Source: Antechinus flavipes (taxonomy: Eukaryota). Taken from it: a stretch of DNA of 64,000 bases. Shown in pieces: positions 49,671 through 62,330 of the stretch. Within the stretch, counting starts at the first letter, position 1. The number at the start of each line of letters is the position of its first letter. The notes beneath the pieces were generated by a model that saw nothing but the letters and a program-made list of their open reading frames with translations, did no database searches and was not told where the DNA came from. The stretch covers positions 444,726,001 to 444,790,000 of the forward strand of contig NC_067399.1 of assembly GCF_016432865.1 (NCBI RefSeq). Reading direction: 5' to 3'. Both the position numbers and the translations under genes were made by a program.

Positions 49671-50081
49671 TGAACTAGGATTTCACCAAGATTAATCATT
49701 TATCACTAATCATATCAAATAAATAATTTGATGAACTTGAGACACAGAGAATTAGGGCTTGGATAAGGGCAGGAAGTGTAGAGGGCGGGAACACCGAAAA
49801 GGTGTACTTAAATCTAGGTCAGCAAGGTACTTACAGCTAAGCATATACTTAGTACTTAGTAAGGTGATGTAATGGTTGCACATGCTCAGTGGTGTAATCA
49901 TACGGAGGTATTTAAGGGAGTCAGCCACAGCTCTCGGCCACAGACACAAGAGAGGACGCCAGATTCCAGACTCCAGCTTCGACCTGCCTCCTGCACTCCT
50001 CCACTCAGACCAAAGACTCGGGCTGATCCCGAGGTCCTCCAGAAAGCTGGCTCGGATATTAGAAACAAACAAAACTCAACA
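49671..50081 (+). mobile_element. Solo LTR (411 bp) with 5-bp TSD
   Basis: TG...CA ends; GACTG at 49666-49670 and 50082-50086; TATA-like TATTTAA near 49909; CpGs retained. Strand is inferred from the TATA-like motif only. Confidence 0.75.
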
Positions 50082-51204
50082 GACTGAAAATGCTGGAGCG
50101 GACGGGGACAGTGAAAGGGCTCCGGGCCTGGTGTTAAGGACCCTCAGTTTGAACCCCAGCCCTGGCATTTGACAGCTGTGAGATCTTGGGAAGTTTTGAG
50201 CCTCGGTTTCCCCATCTGTAAAATGAAGCTAATCTTGCCATTATTGACCATGAGATATTGTTTTGAGTGCGGCAGAAAGACAAAGTTAGAAGACAAAACG
50301 TGGAGTCATGGGACCTGAATGTGAATCCCGGGAGCTCGGTGTCCTGATCTGTAAGACAGGGTGATCCAACTAGATGGCCTCTGAGGCTCTAGCTCTAGCT
50401 TTTGTGATTTGTGTCTCTAAAGGGCTTTGCAAACCTTAAAATCATAGAAATATTAGTCCTCATTATTCATTATTCCTTCCCTCCATCACAATGCTACTTC
50501 TCATTTAAACTAATTACTCAAGCCCATTGGGGAGCCAGGACATCCATGTAGACATGAATGGACAGAAAAGCCATTGCTAGTCCCTTGTTCTGAGTACAGG
50601 AGGATTAATTGAGAGGGATTTCTCTCCACCTTTAGTTCTATGTTTCAGAAAGAGGTCTTCCAACCGGGGTAGTTCTTGAGTTCCAGTTCTGTTGTTCAAT
50701 TCCACCAAAGATAGCAGGTCCCTGCTCACCTGGCGCCCATATCCTGAAAACTTTCCTGACAATTCCTGAAGCGTTTTCTGCCTTCACATGGATTTGTTTG
50801 GTTTCTCCAAAGGCACGGTGAACTCTAAAGCCAGGGTCTAGCCTCAAGATCTCGTGTTCTTACAGTTCCATTCTATATTCCTTACTAATCTTTGAGGGTT
50901 GGATCCTTTGAGGACACAATAAATGCTTGTTGATTTGGTTTCATATGAATAATCCCACAGGAATACCTGCATCACAGATCGACCTGAACTGCCTTTCTGG
51001 CCATCCCCTCTGGTTGCTCCCTTAACAGCTTTCTTCAGGGCTCCATCAGTCTGATGTGTTTGACTGACATGCTATGTGACAATGATTCTCTCTCCTCCTC
51101 CTCTCTTTCCCTTTCCCCCACATGCACAGAGTCTCCTTCTAGATATAGGGGAGGGTGGATATCAGTTGTCAGCTTACTTTACAATTTGGAAATTGTTTAT
51201 CTCA

Positions 51205-52025
51205 ATGATGAATGTTGGAGGGAATGTGGGAAAACTGGGACACCGATGCATTCTTGGTGGAGTGAATACATCCAGCCATTCAGGAGAACTATCTGGAACT
51301 ATGCCCCAAGGGCTATCAGGCTTTGCATACTCTTTGATCCAGTAGTGCTACTACTGGGTCTGTATCCCAAAGAGACAAAAAAAAGGGGGAAAGGATCCAT
51401 GTGTGCAAAAATGTTTGTAGTAGATCTTTTCATAGTGGCTAGAAACTGGAAACTGGGTGGCTGCCCATCAGCTGGAGAATGGCTGAACAAGTTATGGTAT
51501 GTGGATGCTGTGGAATATTATTGTTCTGTAAGAAATGATCAGGAGGATGATTTCAGAAAGGCCTGGAGAGATTTACCTGAACTGATGCCGAGTGAAAAGA
51601 GTAGAACTAAGAGAACATTGTATATAGCAACAAGAAGATTATGTGATGGTTCTTTCCATAATAAGGTGATTCAGGTTAATTAAGTCAATTTGGGTTGGAA
51701 AGAGACATCTGCATCCAGAAAGTGGATTATGGGAATTGAACGTACATCACAATATAGTATTTTCAATTTTTTTTATTGTTGTTTGCTTCTTTTTTTCCCT
51801 CCTTCACTTTTTTTCTCTTTGACTTTTCCCCCTTGTGCAGCATGATAAATGTGGGAATATGTTTAGAAGAGTTGGACATATTTAACCTATATTGCAGTAT
51901 TTGTGATCTAGGGGAAGTGAGGGGAAGAGAAGGAGAAAAATTTATTACACAAGGTTTTGCAAGGGTGAATGCTGAAAACTCTTTACTTGTATTTTGAAAA
52001 TTAAAAGGTATTATTAAAAATAAAA
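51205..52025 (+). mobile_element. L1 ORF2 C-terminus and 3'UTR (internally deleted)
   Basis: ECWRECGKTGT...GEWLNKLWY translation; 3'UTR at 51720-52025. Confidence 0.9.
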
Positions 52026-52140
52026 AGATAAATTGTTTATCTCTTTCAACAACCCTCTTTTTTGTGCTTTTGGTCAGCAATACCCCTATTTTCTCAGGAA
52101 GTAATGATCAAAAGTCTGGAGATCTCTTTGGTCCCTTTCT

Positions 52141-52530
52141 ATGGAATGAGAAGGGATGACATAGAATTGAATGAAATGGGACGAGATGGAATTGAATGGA
52201 AGAGAATAGAATGGGATGGGGTGAGATATAATTAAATGATGTAGAATGTGAGGGGGGAAAGTAAAATATGATGGGCTATAATTGGATAGGGCAGGCTAGG
52301 ACAGGATAAGATAAAGAGGAATAGGTTAGAAAAGGTTCGGACTGGGTAGGTAGGAGAAGAGGCTAATATAAAATGGATGAATTAAAATCGGACAAGATGT
52401 TGTAAGTTGGGAGGAGATGTAAGTGGGGTGGTATGGGCAGTAATAGGATAGGATAAGATTAAAAAAGGTCAAATTAAATTAGATAAGATGTGATGATATG
52501 GAATAAAAAAGGATGGATTGGATGGATTAG
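52141..52530. repeat. Degenerate pentanucleotide repeat (ATGGA/AGGAT-like)
   Basis: 5-bp register visible: ATGGA ATGAG AAGGG ATGAC ATAGA ATTGA ATGAA ATGGG... Confidence 0.8.
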
Positions 52531-53789
52531 CAAAAGGAAGAACTACCTTTCCCCAGATTAGGTCTTCCCTTCTTCCCTCTCCTACCCATTTCTTACTCCC
52601 AGGGCTAACATGAGATCTAAAGTTCAGGCTCAAGTTTTCTTATCCCTAATTCCCAGAACATTGACACCTCTCTCCTTCCCTTCACCCTCCTAACCAAACT
52701 ATGTGTAGGAAACACTGGGTGAGAACAATCTCACAACAAAATGGGCATCAAGAGGTTAATTTGCCTTCACTTTCTCTATAATGATAATCCCTTCAAAGGG
52801 ATTTAAAGAAAAAAAAAGTTTTATGCAGAAGAGAATAATTAATTTCTCCAAAGGGAAAAAGAAACAATTAGATGGTGTTTGTCATAGAAAGGAGTCAGTT
52901 TCTCCTTCTAGGCTTGTTGTATCATGTTCCTGGGTGCAGAGGCAGCAATTGCTTAGAGACAAAATACCTGCTTTCCCAGGGAGGGGAATGGAGACAAAAG
53001 AGAAGGGGGAAAGGTGGAGGCAGGAAGAAGGAAAAGGAGGAAAAAGAGGAGGAATGAAAGAAACGGGAAGAAGTGAAGAAGGAATAATAAAAAGAGCAGT
53101 GAAAGACTCTCTTTCAACTGTAACAATTCCAGAATCATGTGCTCTAGGGAATAATTTAGGGATTTAGGCAGTGTGCTTCTGATCGTGAGTAGAAGCAGTT
53201 GGGAGTGGGAAGAAAGGAGCTGGTTGGGGAAGCTTCCTGGAGGAGGGAAGAGGAGAGAAGGAAGGAGGATTGCAGAATAAGGCAGAAGGATGGAAGCAGT
53301 TCCTGCTGCTCTCCATCAGGAGCCTGAGACTTCCTGTGGGAGTAAGAAGCTTCTGGGGTAAAGGATCAGCCTAACAACCTGAAGGCACCCGCTCGAGGGC
53401 ATGAAGCACAGCCTTTCCAGGAGTTACAAGCAGGAAAATTCTGGGAAAGGTCAGCCTCTGGATAGCTCGGGGCATTCTACCCCTCAACTATTGTGAGCTT
53501 GAGAATAGTGCCAAAGGACCAAGCAGGGCCTGGAGGCCTGGCGGAAAGCCTGGGCCCCAGCTGGTTGGGTCTCTGCTGCCTCTTCTTCTCAGAACGACCT
53601 GTGGTCACTGAGAGTTGGGGGCGCTGGGCCGGGCTGTGGGACCCGGGGAGCAGTCCCTCGCTCAGTGGGCACAAAGTGGGTTCATGGCTCTGTTTCCTAG
53701 AGTACCAGGGGCATGGTATGGTGACAAAGGCTTTGGATTTGGAGACATGATATACTGGTCCTAGAACCACTGGCTCTTATCCCGGGTAG

Positions 53790-54540
53790 GGCACTGCTCT
53801 GGGCTCTGGTTCCTCATTTATGGAAAAGGTAACCAGACAGAAGGTGGAGTGACCAAGGAGCACCTCTCTCTGGTCAGCAAGCAGTTGCTGGCTGTTGGGA
53901 GTGGAAATGACAGTACCTCTGGTTCTGGGAAGGGACTCCTCCATTTTGGGGGCAGAGTTCAGGAGAGGAGGATATGGGGTAACATCGATTTTGGCAAAGC
54001 AGGAATCGTAGAAGCGATGGGTAGGACTTCGTGGGCAAAATCCCACAAAGGGAGGCAGCCCAGGAGGATGGGAAGCTCTCAAGAATGAAATTCTGAAGTT
54101 GTAAAGGGAAACCATTTCAGTAAGGAGGAAAAAGTTGTCAAGAAAGACAATGTGGAAGTGCAGGGAACTCATTCAGCAATTTAAATTTAAAAAGAAAAGT
54201 ATAGAAGATGGAAAGAAGGGAGGATGAAAGGATGGACGTGCAAGTATGGCATCTCTTTTAAGAAAAAGATCTAGATTTCTGAGACAGAATAAGTTGAGGA
54301 TGGCAAGGCAAGGCAAGGACAGTAGAAAAATAGTTTTTAAAATTTTGTAGTTTTATTTGGGGAAAGAGGATCAAAGACTGGGAGGGTCAATGAAATGACA
54401 AAAGATAATGGAGTGAAGACAGAGCTGTTTGGGTTTTACGTGTTTTCTATGGCAAAGAAAATAATCTTTGGACTGCAAAGAACAGAACAAAAATGAGTAA
54501 CAGAGCATTGAAATCCAAGATAAGTAGGGAGATAGAGACT
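53790..54540 (-). mobile_element. L2 ORF2 fragment
   Basis: Degenerate purine-rich reverse-strand L2 pattern. Confidence 0.55.
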
Positions 54541-54559
54541 ATCTGGCTGCCCTTGACTA

Positions 54560-54950
54560 GTTCACATCCCAGGCATCCCAGGCATTAAAAGAACTGGTAG
54601 CTGTATTTACAGAATTCCAGTCAGGGACCTTTGAAATAAAGTGGAAAACAGGGGAGGGATTGCAGGACTAGAAAGGGAACCACATTGTCCTGCTTTTTAA
54701 GCAAATGAAAACAATAAAATCTGAAAAATATCGTTCAGTGACCTTGACTTCCATTCCTGGCAAAATTCCATAATGTATTATTAAAGCCATTATTAGTGAA
54801 TATCTTGTAAAGGAAGTGGTGATCATCAAGAGCCAGGATGGCTTCATTAAGAACATGTCATGCCAGACAGATTAACCTTGTTTCCTTTTTCGGCAAGTTT
54901 ACTAAACCAGCAGAACAGGGGAATGCTGTAGATATAGTTTATCTAGATTT
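54560..54950 (+). mobile_element. CR1/L3 RT-domain fragment
   Basis: Residual YRxVxLTSIPGKI, GFIKNxSCQ and GNAVDIVYLDF motifs. Confidence 0.85.
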
Positions 54951-55309
54951 TATTCTAGTCAACTAAAATATATTGTATTGATGTCTTTTGTTTTAACAAC
55001 ACACTTATTTCTGGAAATTCCAAACGGAACCCTCCCTTGCAACAAAAACCCCAACAAAAACCAATTTAACAGAAACATTCTGTGAGGTGATGGCTGGGAT
55101 GGTATTGAAGACATCTGACAATACATGCAACATTTATTTTTTTGCCATTATGGGGTATATTTCATTTAGGGAGACTGACTTAGTTTTCCATTTGATCAAA
55201 GTTTTGTGTCCTTTTAGTGATTTTTATCCCTTCACAGTGAAGAACACTTTGCGTGGGGGTGAATTGGTAAATATAATAACGAAAATTTTAAAAAAGTATA
55301 CATAATACA

Positions 55310-55460
55310 TTTTTCAATTTAATTGATATTCTTAGCATATCTCCCATCACTTTCTTAAGTCTAGACAAATAGCAAATCAATAAATGAGGCCCCGAGCATA
55401 GCATCTGCAGATTTCTGAGATGCAAATGCTCAAACTGAAAATTCAGCCATCAGGTCTCCA
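55310..55460. mobile_element. MER63-like hAT fragment (second copy near 57150-57290)
   Basis: CATCACTTTCTTAAGTCTAGACAA motif. Confidence 0.65.
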
Positions 55461-56289
55461 TAAGAGACATCTTTCTCTTCCTTTCCCCCTCAGAAAGTAA
55501 GTCTCTTGAGAGTAAGGTCTGTTTTTCTGTGTGTATTTACATTTTTTAGTATTTAGCAACTACTATTGCATAGTAATAAATGCTTGTTGACTCAACCTGT
55601 CTTGATTGAAGATTTGAGTTCATGTTCTTCCTCATACATAATATCTGGGTGACCCTGGGTTGATTACCTATAGTATGTAATTCTTTTGAAATCTGTTTAT
55701 TTCCTTCCACCACTTATCTATTGAAAGAGTGGTTCATAGTGTCATATGTTTATGTTTGTACATGGTTTGGATGTCAAACTTTTTAAAAAACATTTTTTTT
55801 TTTTAAGATCAGTGATAAGCTAGGAATGGACTTACAATTTTACTGGTATAGGAAACTTTCTGATGAAGAAACTTCCTTTACCAATGCAGGTCAGCAACTG
55901 CTTTTCAACTTACGGTCTTAGAGAGTTTCCTAGACCACTAAATGGTAAATGACTTGGTCAGGATCACATAGCCAGTATATGTTGATTCCTAGAACTGAAT
56001 CCAAGTCTTCTTGGTTTCAGTACCAGTATCACCGTACTAATGTGTCCTTCTATAGCTATTATCTTTAAAGATTTTATATAATTTTTTTTTTTACTTCTTC
56101 ATCGATTTTGTTCTCATAACATTTTTTTAAATGTTAAAAATTTTTTTTAAATCAAAATCATCTGTTGTCTTTTTCAATCTCTTCTATTTCATGCTTGGCT
56201 AAGATTTCTCTTTCTAGTTATTGTTGTGAAATGCACACATATATTCCTGTTCTCCATTTTTTTCTAATGACATCATTTACCCAAAGTTT

Positions 56290-57050
56290 AACAAAGCACA
56301 AGACAAAATTTCTCACGTTATTCTTTTGGATGATATAGAGAGATGTGGCCTAGACTATAATATAGTTGGGTGGATTTGGAATCAGTTAATTGAGTAGATT
56401 CAAAGAGATGTCATTCATGATTTAATGTCATTTTGGTAGGAGATATCAAATGGAAGGTCCCAATGATCTGAGCTTATTTCTAAGTGGTGCAATTTTTAAA
56501 ATCAACTATTTGAAAAAAAAAAAAAAAAGGAATGAAAAAGACAGTCTAATTAGATCAATTAATTAACTTAATTTTCAGTTTCAGCATTTACATCTCAGAA
56601 ATCTGCAAATTCAGGTGACATGAAACTAGAAAGAATACCTAACATAGTGGATGGGAGGGTCAGAATCCTTAACAATCTCAACAGGCTAGAATATTGGGTA
56701 CTTTGTAGTAAATTTAAGCTGAATAGGAATTAATGTAAAATTTTACATGTGGAGTTAAAAAGTAATTTTATGAGTCAGAGGTAGGGGAAGCGTGGTTAGT
56801 AATAGTTTGTTTGAAAAGATCTGAGGATTTTACTGGATTACAAACTCAGTGTGAGTCAACAGTGTGAAATGGTTACCCAGAAAGCTAATGTGACCTTAGG
56901 CAGCATGGAGAGAGAGACATAGTGTCTAGGGACTAGGGAGGTGTCTGTTCCATTGTAACCTGCCCTGTTCAGTTCTGGCCTCTACATTTCAGGAAGACAG
57001 TTGATAAAATGGAATGTATCCAGGAGGTGGCAACTTAGAAGGCAAAGAGC
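56290..57050 (+). mobile_element. CR1/L3 continuation
   Basis: GAGTCAACAGTGTGA...AAAGCTAATG motif. Confidence 0.8.
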
Positions 57051-57360
57051 CTTGATATTATTTCTGCCTTCTGGTTGTTTAAAGACTTTGGGGTGCTTTG
57101 GTATTTTGATTGAAATGACACTGAATACATCAATTAATTTAGGAAGAATCATAACACACTTTTAAATTTGTTCTGCATCATTAACATTTTCTCTATCACT
57201 TTCTTAGATCTAGACACACAACAAAACAAGGAAGGAAAACATGTTTATAGTTGTTTGCCAGTTTCTGACTACACTGTCCATGGGTATATGGGACCTGAGT
57301 GACTTGCTTTTCACCTCTTGTTCAATAACTACTGAATGGAACTTGTCAGGCAGCTATAAT

Positions 57361-57400
57361 ATATAGATATCTATCTATCTATCTATCTATATCTAATATA
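57361..57400. repeat. (CTAT)n/(TA)n microsatellite
   Basis: Direct reading. Confidence 0.85.
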
Positions 57401-58204
57401 TAGACCTTAGTCTACAGTCAGGAGTGTGGGATTTGTATCATACCTCTGATGTTTAACAGTCTGAGTCACTTCCGGTTCCTTAATTTCTTCCCCTCCCTTC
57501 CCCTTTCATATCCCCCCAACTTCTTATTTTCCTTTCACACAGTGTCTTCCCTCCTTAGAATGTAAGCTCCTTGAGCACAAGAACTGTCTCTCTCTTTGCT
57601 TATGTTTGTATTCCCAATGTTTAACACAGTATTTAACTCATGGTAAAAGACTTCTTACTATGTTTGTTTACTTAACTAGACTGATTTAATAGTTGCAAGT
57701 CTCAGCGTCCTCATTTATAAAATGGGGTTGATAATGTTCACAGGATCTACCACATTCTTGTGGGGAAAATACTTTAGAAACCTTAGAGTGATCTAGAGAT
57801 GTGAGCAGTGAATTATAAGAAATTGATTAAATACTGGCCACTCCCAGCATTCATTCATTGAACAAATTTGCATTAAGTGTTTATAAGAGAACTTTCCCAC
57901 ATTTACTGCCCTGTTTACAAAGCCATTTCATACAACTATTTCTCTGAATTCTCACTACAACCCTGTAAACTTCAAAGGGCAGAGACTTTTAGGCCCTTTG
58001 ATTAATTAGTTAGACCTTTGATTCATCAATTTTTCCTCTGTAACATGGTGATGATATAATTAATCATCTGATAATGATGACATTTATAGAGTGCTTTCAA
58101 ATTTGTAAAACACTTTATATGCACACTCTTTTCAGGGTCCAGTATTTCACCAAGGTATTCATAGCACCATAAGGTTTGCATAACTGCTTTACAAATATTA
58201 TCTC

Positions 58205-58590
58205 CTTGATTCAGAGCAGCTCCACTGGTCTTGTGATGAAGAGAGCCATTTACACCCAGAGAAAGGACTGTGGGAACTGAGTATGGTTCACAACATAGCA
58301 TTTTCACTCTTTTTGTTATTTGTTTGCATTTTATTCTCTTTCTCATTTTTTCTATTTTGACTTGATTTTTGTTGTGCAGTAAGATATAATTGTATAAATA
58401 TGTATGTATATATTGAATTTAACATATATTTCTACCATGTCTGACACATATTGGACTACTTGCCATCTAGGGGAAGAGGTGGGGAAGAAGGGGAAAAATT
58501 GAAACGCAAGGTTTTGCAAGGGTCAATATTGGAAAAATTACCCATGCATGTGTTTTGTAAATAAAAAATTTTTAATGAAAAAAAAGGAAG
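58205..58590 (+). mobile_element. L1 3' end
   Basis: 3'UTR signature and A-rich tail. Confidence 0.88.
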
Positions 58591-58949
58591 AAATGTTAAT
58601 GGAGACTGTGGCCTGAATATAATGTGTGAACTCTGTTTTCTTCAAAGTTACTGTGATCACGATTGCCAGATCTGATGGACTTTTCTCAAAGGAAAAGGCC
58701 TTCCTTCTTGACCTCTCTGAAGTCTCTGACACTGTTAACTATTCTCTTTTTCTTTCTCCTATTTTTTTTAAAAACACAATACTCTCTCCTGGTTCTCCTC
58801 CTGCATCTCTTTCTCCGTCCCCTTTATTGGATCTCTAGGTCACCACCAGTAATGTAAAGTGACTCTCAAAGCTTTGTTCTTGTCCTCCCTTCTTTTCTCC
58901 CTCTGTGTAATTTCATTTGGCGATCTGATCAGCTCCAGTGGGTACAGTG

Positions 58950-60310
58950 GTTATTTCCTTTCTTTTTTCTCAAAAGTTTTTTTATTTTTCCAAATACATG
59001 TAAAAGTAATTTTCAATGTTCATTTAAACATTTTTAAAATACATTTTTATTTTCCTAAATACATGCAAAGGTAATTTTCAACATTCATCTTTGCAAAACC
59101 TTGTGTTCTACATTTTTCTCTCTCCTTCTCTTCTACTCCCTCCAAGCCAGAGCAAGCAATCTAATGTAGGTTAAACAAGTGCAATTCTTCTATCCATATT
59201 TCCATATTCATCATTCTGCACAAGAAAAAATCAGATCAAAAGGTGAAAGCAAAAAAGTACAAGAAAAAAATCAATCAAACAACAACAAAAATGAAAATAC
59301 AATGTTTTGACATTCAGTCTCCATAATTCTCTCTCTGTATGCAGTTGACTCTTTCCATCATAAGTCCATTGATAATTGTCTTGAATCACCTCATTGTTGA
59401 ATAGCACATTATTTTGTTGTTGCCATGTATAAGGATTTCCTGGTTCTGCTCACTTCACTCAGCATCAATTCATGTAAGTCTCTCCAGGCCTCTCTGAAAT
59501 CATTCTGCCGACCATTTCTTATAGAACAATAATATTCCATTACATTCATAAACCATACCTTATTCAGCCATTCTCCAATGTTAAGTATTCCAGTTCCTTG
59601 CCATCTCAAAAAAAGCTGCTACAAATATTTTTATACATGTGAGTCTTTTTCCCTTTTTAATGATGTTTTGGGGATACAGATCCAGTAGAGATCTGGATCA
59701 AAGGCTATGCACAGTTTGATAGTCCTTTGGGCATAGTTCTAAATTGCCCTGCAGAATGGTTGGATTAATTCACAACTCCACCAATATTATGCATTAGTGT
59801 TCCAGTTTTTCCAATCCCCTCCAACATTTACCATTATCTTAAAAAAATTTTTTTTATTTTCAAAATACATGCAATGATAGCTTTCAACACTCACCCTTGC
59901 AAAATCCTATGTTCCAAGTTTTTTTCCCCTCCCTTCCCCCCACTTCCCTCCTCTAGACAACAAGCAATTCAATATAGATCATTATCTTTTCCTGGCATCT
60001 TAGCCAATCTGAGAAATGTGAAATGGTACCTCTGAATTGTTTTAATTTGCATATCTCTAATCAATAGTGATTTAAAATATTTTTTAAAATATGACTAGAA
60101 ATCAACATTCATTTTTGTAAGATTTTGCAGTCCAAATTTTTCCACCCCCTTCCCTCCTTCCCTAATACAGGAAGAAATCTGATATAGATTATACATGTAC
60201 AATCCATTTAAACTTATTTCCATATTTGTCATGTTGCACAAGATCAAAATGGAGAAAATCATGAGAAAGAAAAAACAAACAATAAGGTGAAAATAATATG
60301 CTTTCATTCA
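58950..60310 (-). mobile_element. Cluster of nested L1 3' ends inside an L2
   Basis: At least four 3'UTR termini; inner TSD CATTATCTT flanks about 59840-59975. Confidence 0.85.
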
Positions 60311-60339
60311 ACTGTCCCATAAAAAAAAAAGTCCCATAT

Positions 60340-61290
60340 CTGTGAGACCCTCCCTAATCATTCACCTCAAATCTCCAACTGTTTTTTGTGTATCTTGAAC
60401 AGGATATGTTGAAGATATCTCAAGCTCAGCATGTCCAACTTATTATCGTTGGACTCCCCAAAGGTTCTTCTTTTCCTAACTTTCCAGTTACCATAGAGGG
60501 TACCATAATTCTCGTTGTCACCCAGGCTCACAACCCCATTTTCTTTCTTCTGCTTCCACACTCCCTCTACAGAGCCTATCTGTGGCCAAGTCACCTTGCT
60601 TCTATCTTCACACCCTCCTTTGTAGAAGTCCCCTTCCCTTCATTCATAGCTCCTTCTCCAGTTCAGACTTATATGACTGTCAAGTGGAGCACTGCAACAG
60701 CCTGCTAATTTCTATCCCTGCCTTGTCTCCCCTCACTCCCTCCATCCCCCATTGAGATGGTAAACATCAAGATCGGATCATGTCATTTCCCTTTTAGTAA
60801 ATTGCATTGGTTCCCTATTGCCTCTAGGATGAAACACAACATTTTTGGTATTTTTTTATAACCTGGATCCTTCCTGTTTTTCTGATATTTTTACTCTTTG
60901 AATTCTCTTCAAGTATTCTACAATACAGCAACACCAGCCTTCTTGTTGTACCTCACACTCAACTCTTTCCCTTCTGTTCCTCTGCCTTTAGTCTGTATCC
61001 TTCAGATCTCAGAAATGCTCTCCCTCTTTTCCTCTGTTTACCTTTAAGATTTAGAAAAAAATTTATACTTTCTGCAAAAAAGTTTTTTCCTCACACTCCT
61101 CCTTTCCTCCTCCTTTCCTCCCACCCTGCTAAAGCCTTTTCTTCAATATTAACTTCCATACCCTCTCTTTGTATTTTATGCATATTTGCATATTGCCTTC
61201 TTTACTAACATATGAGCTCCTTGTGGGCTAGAGCTGTATTTTTGCCTTTTTTTGTAAGTTCTTAATAAATGGTTTTTCACTAAAGTATGA
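60340..61290 (+). mobile_element. L2 3' region (continues the piece at 58590-58940)
   Basis: L2 3' motifs; collinear across the L1 cluster. Confidence 0.7.
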
Positions 61291-61364
61291 ACAATGACAA
61301 GGGTAGAACAGAATAGCCTTGCCAGGATTCTGAAGGGGCTTACTGGAAGAATGAGGAAGATCAC

Positions 61365-61975
61365 TTACAAGAAACTAGAAACTGAGTGGCTGCCCATCAA
61401 TTGGAGGATGAGTTATGGTAAATGAATGAAATGGAATATTATTGTTCTGTAAAAAACTATAAGCAGGATGATTTCAGAGGCGCCACATGAACTGATGCTG
61501 AGTGAAACGAGCAGAACCAAGAGAACATTGTACATGGCAACAAGAAGGCTATATGACAATCAATTCTAATAGTCGGGCTCTTTCCAACAATGAGATGATT
61601 CAGACTAGTTCCAACGGTCTTATGATAGAGAGAGCCATCTGCACCCAGAGAGAAGACAGTGGGAACTGAGTGTTGCTCTGTACATAGCATTTTTACTCTT
61701 TTTGTTGTTTGTTTGCATTTTATTTTCTTTCTCTTTTTTTTTTTTACTTTTTGATTTGATTTTTCTTGTGTAGCAAGATAATCATATAAATGTGTATACA
61801 TACATTCAACATATAACATATATTTTTACCATGTTTAACATATATTAATTACTTGCTACCTAGGAGTGGGGGTAGGGATAAGGGGAGAAAAGTGGAACAT
61901 AAGGTTTTGCAGGAGTTAATGCTGAAAAATTATGTATATCTTTTGAAATTGAAAAACTTTAATAAAAAAAGAGAA
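61365..61975 (+). mobile_element. L1 3' end
   Basis: ORF2 terminus, 3'UTR and AATAAA/A tail. Confidence 0.88.
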
Positions 61976-62109
61976 ATTCCACTTAGTGCTTATTGAGCAA
62001 CAGATTCATTTGTGGGAAAGTCCAAAAGGGGCCCTGTGGTTTAACTGGAGACATTCAAGTGGACAACAAGAGAATGGGTTCTGGGGAAACCTAATGCCCC
62101 ACTGTTTAT

Positions 62110-62330
62110 AGTTGGGTTGTTTGTCCTACATTCTCAAAGAGGACCATGACATCAGACCATGACATGCAAGTGAACTGTATTTAAATGAGGGAGGATTGTA
62201 CAAGGTCTCCTATCTCACTTTCTCTTCCAGAACCATGTGGGTCTAGCAACCAGATGGAAATCTGCAATACTGAAGATGGCCTTGGAGGCAGTGGGAGACC
62301 TTGACCTTTCTAAGCTAAGGTCCTTAACAG
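62110..62330 (-). mobile_element. RTE-mobilised SINE, 3' part
   Basis: GTTGTTTGTCC...GAGGACCATGACATCAG motif, same family as 48625-48810. Confidence 0.7.

Noticed and set aside
50700-50850. Minus-strand donor CAG|GTGAG near 50728 as a lncRNA exon
   Set aside because: Isolated donor with only a weak acceptor and no other support.
53611-53626. CTCF-like GGGGGCGCT
   Set aside because: The 5' half (CCAC/GCA) of the consensus is missing at key positions.
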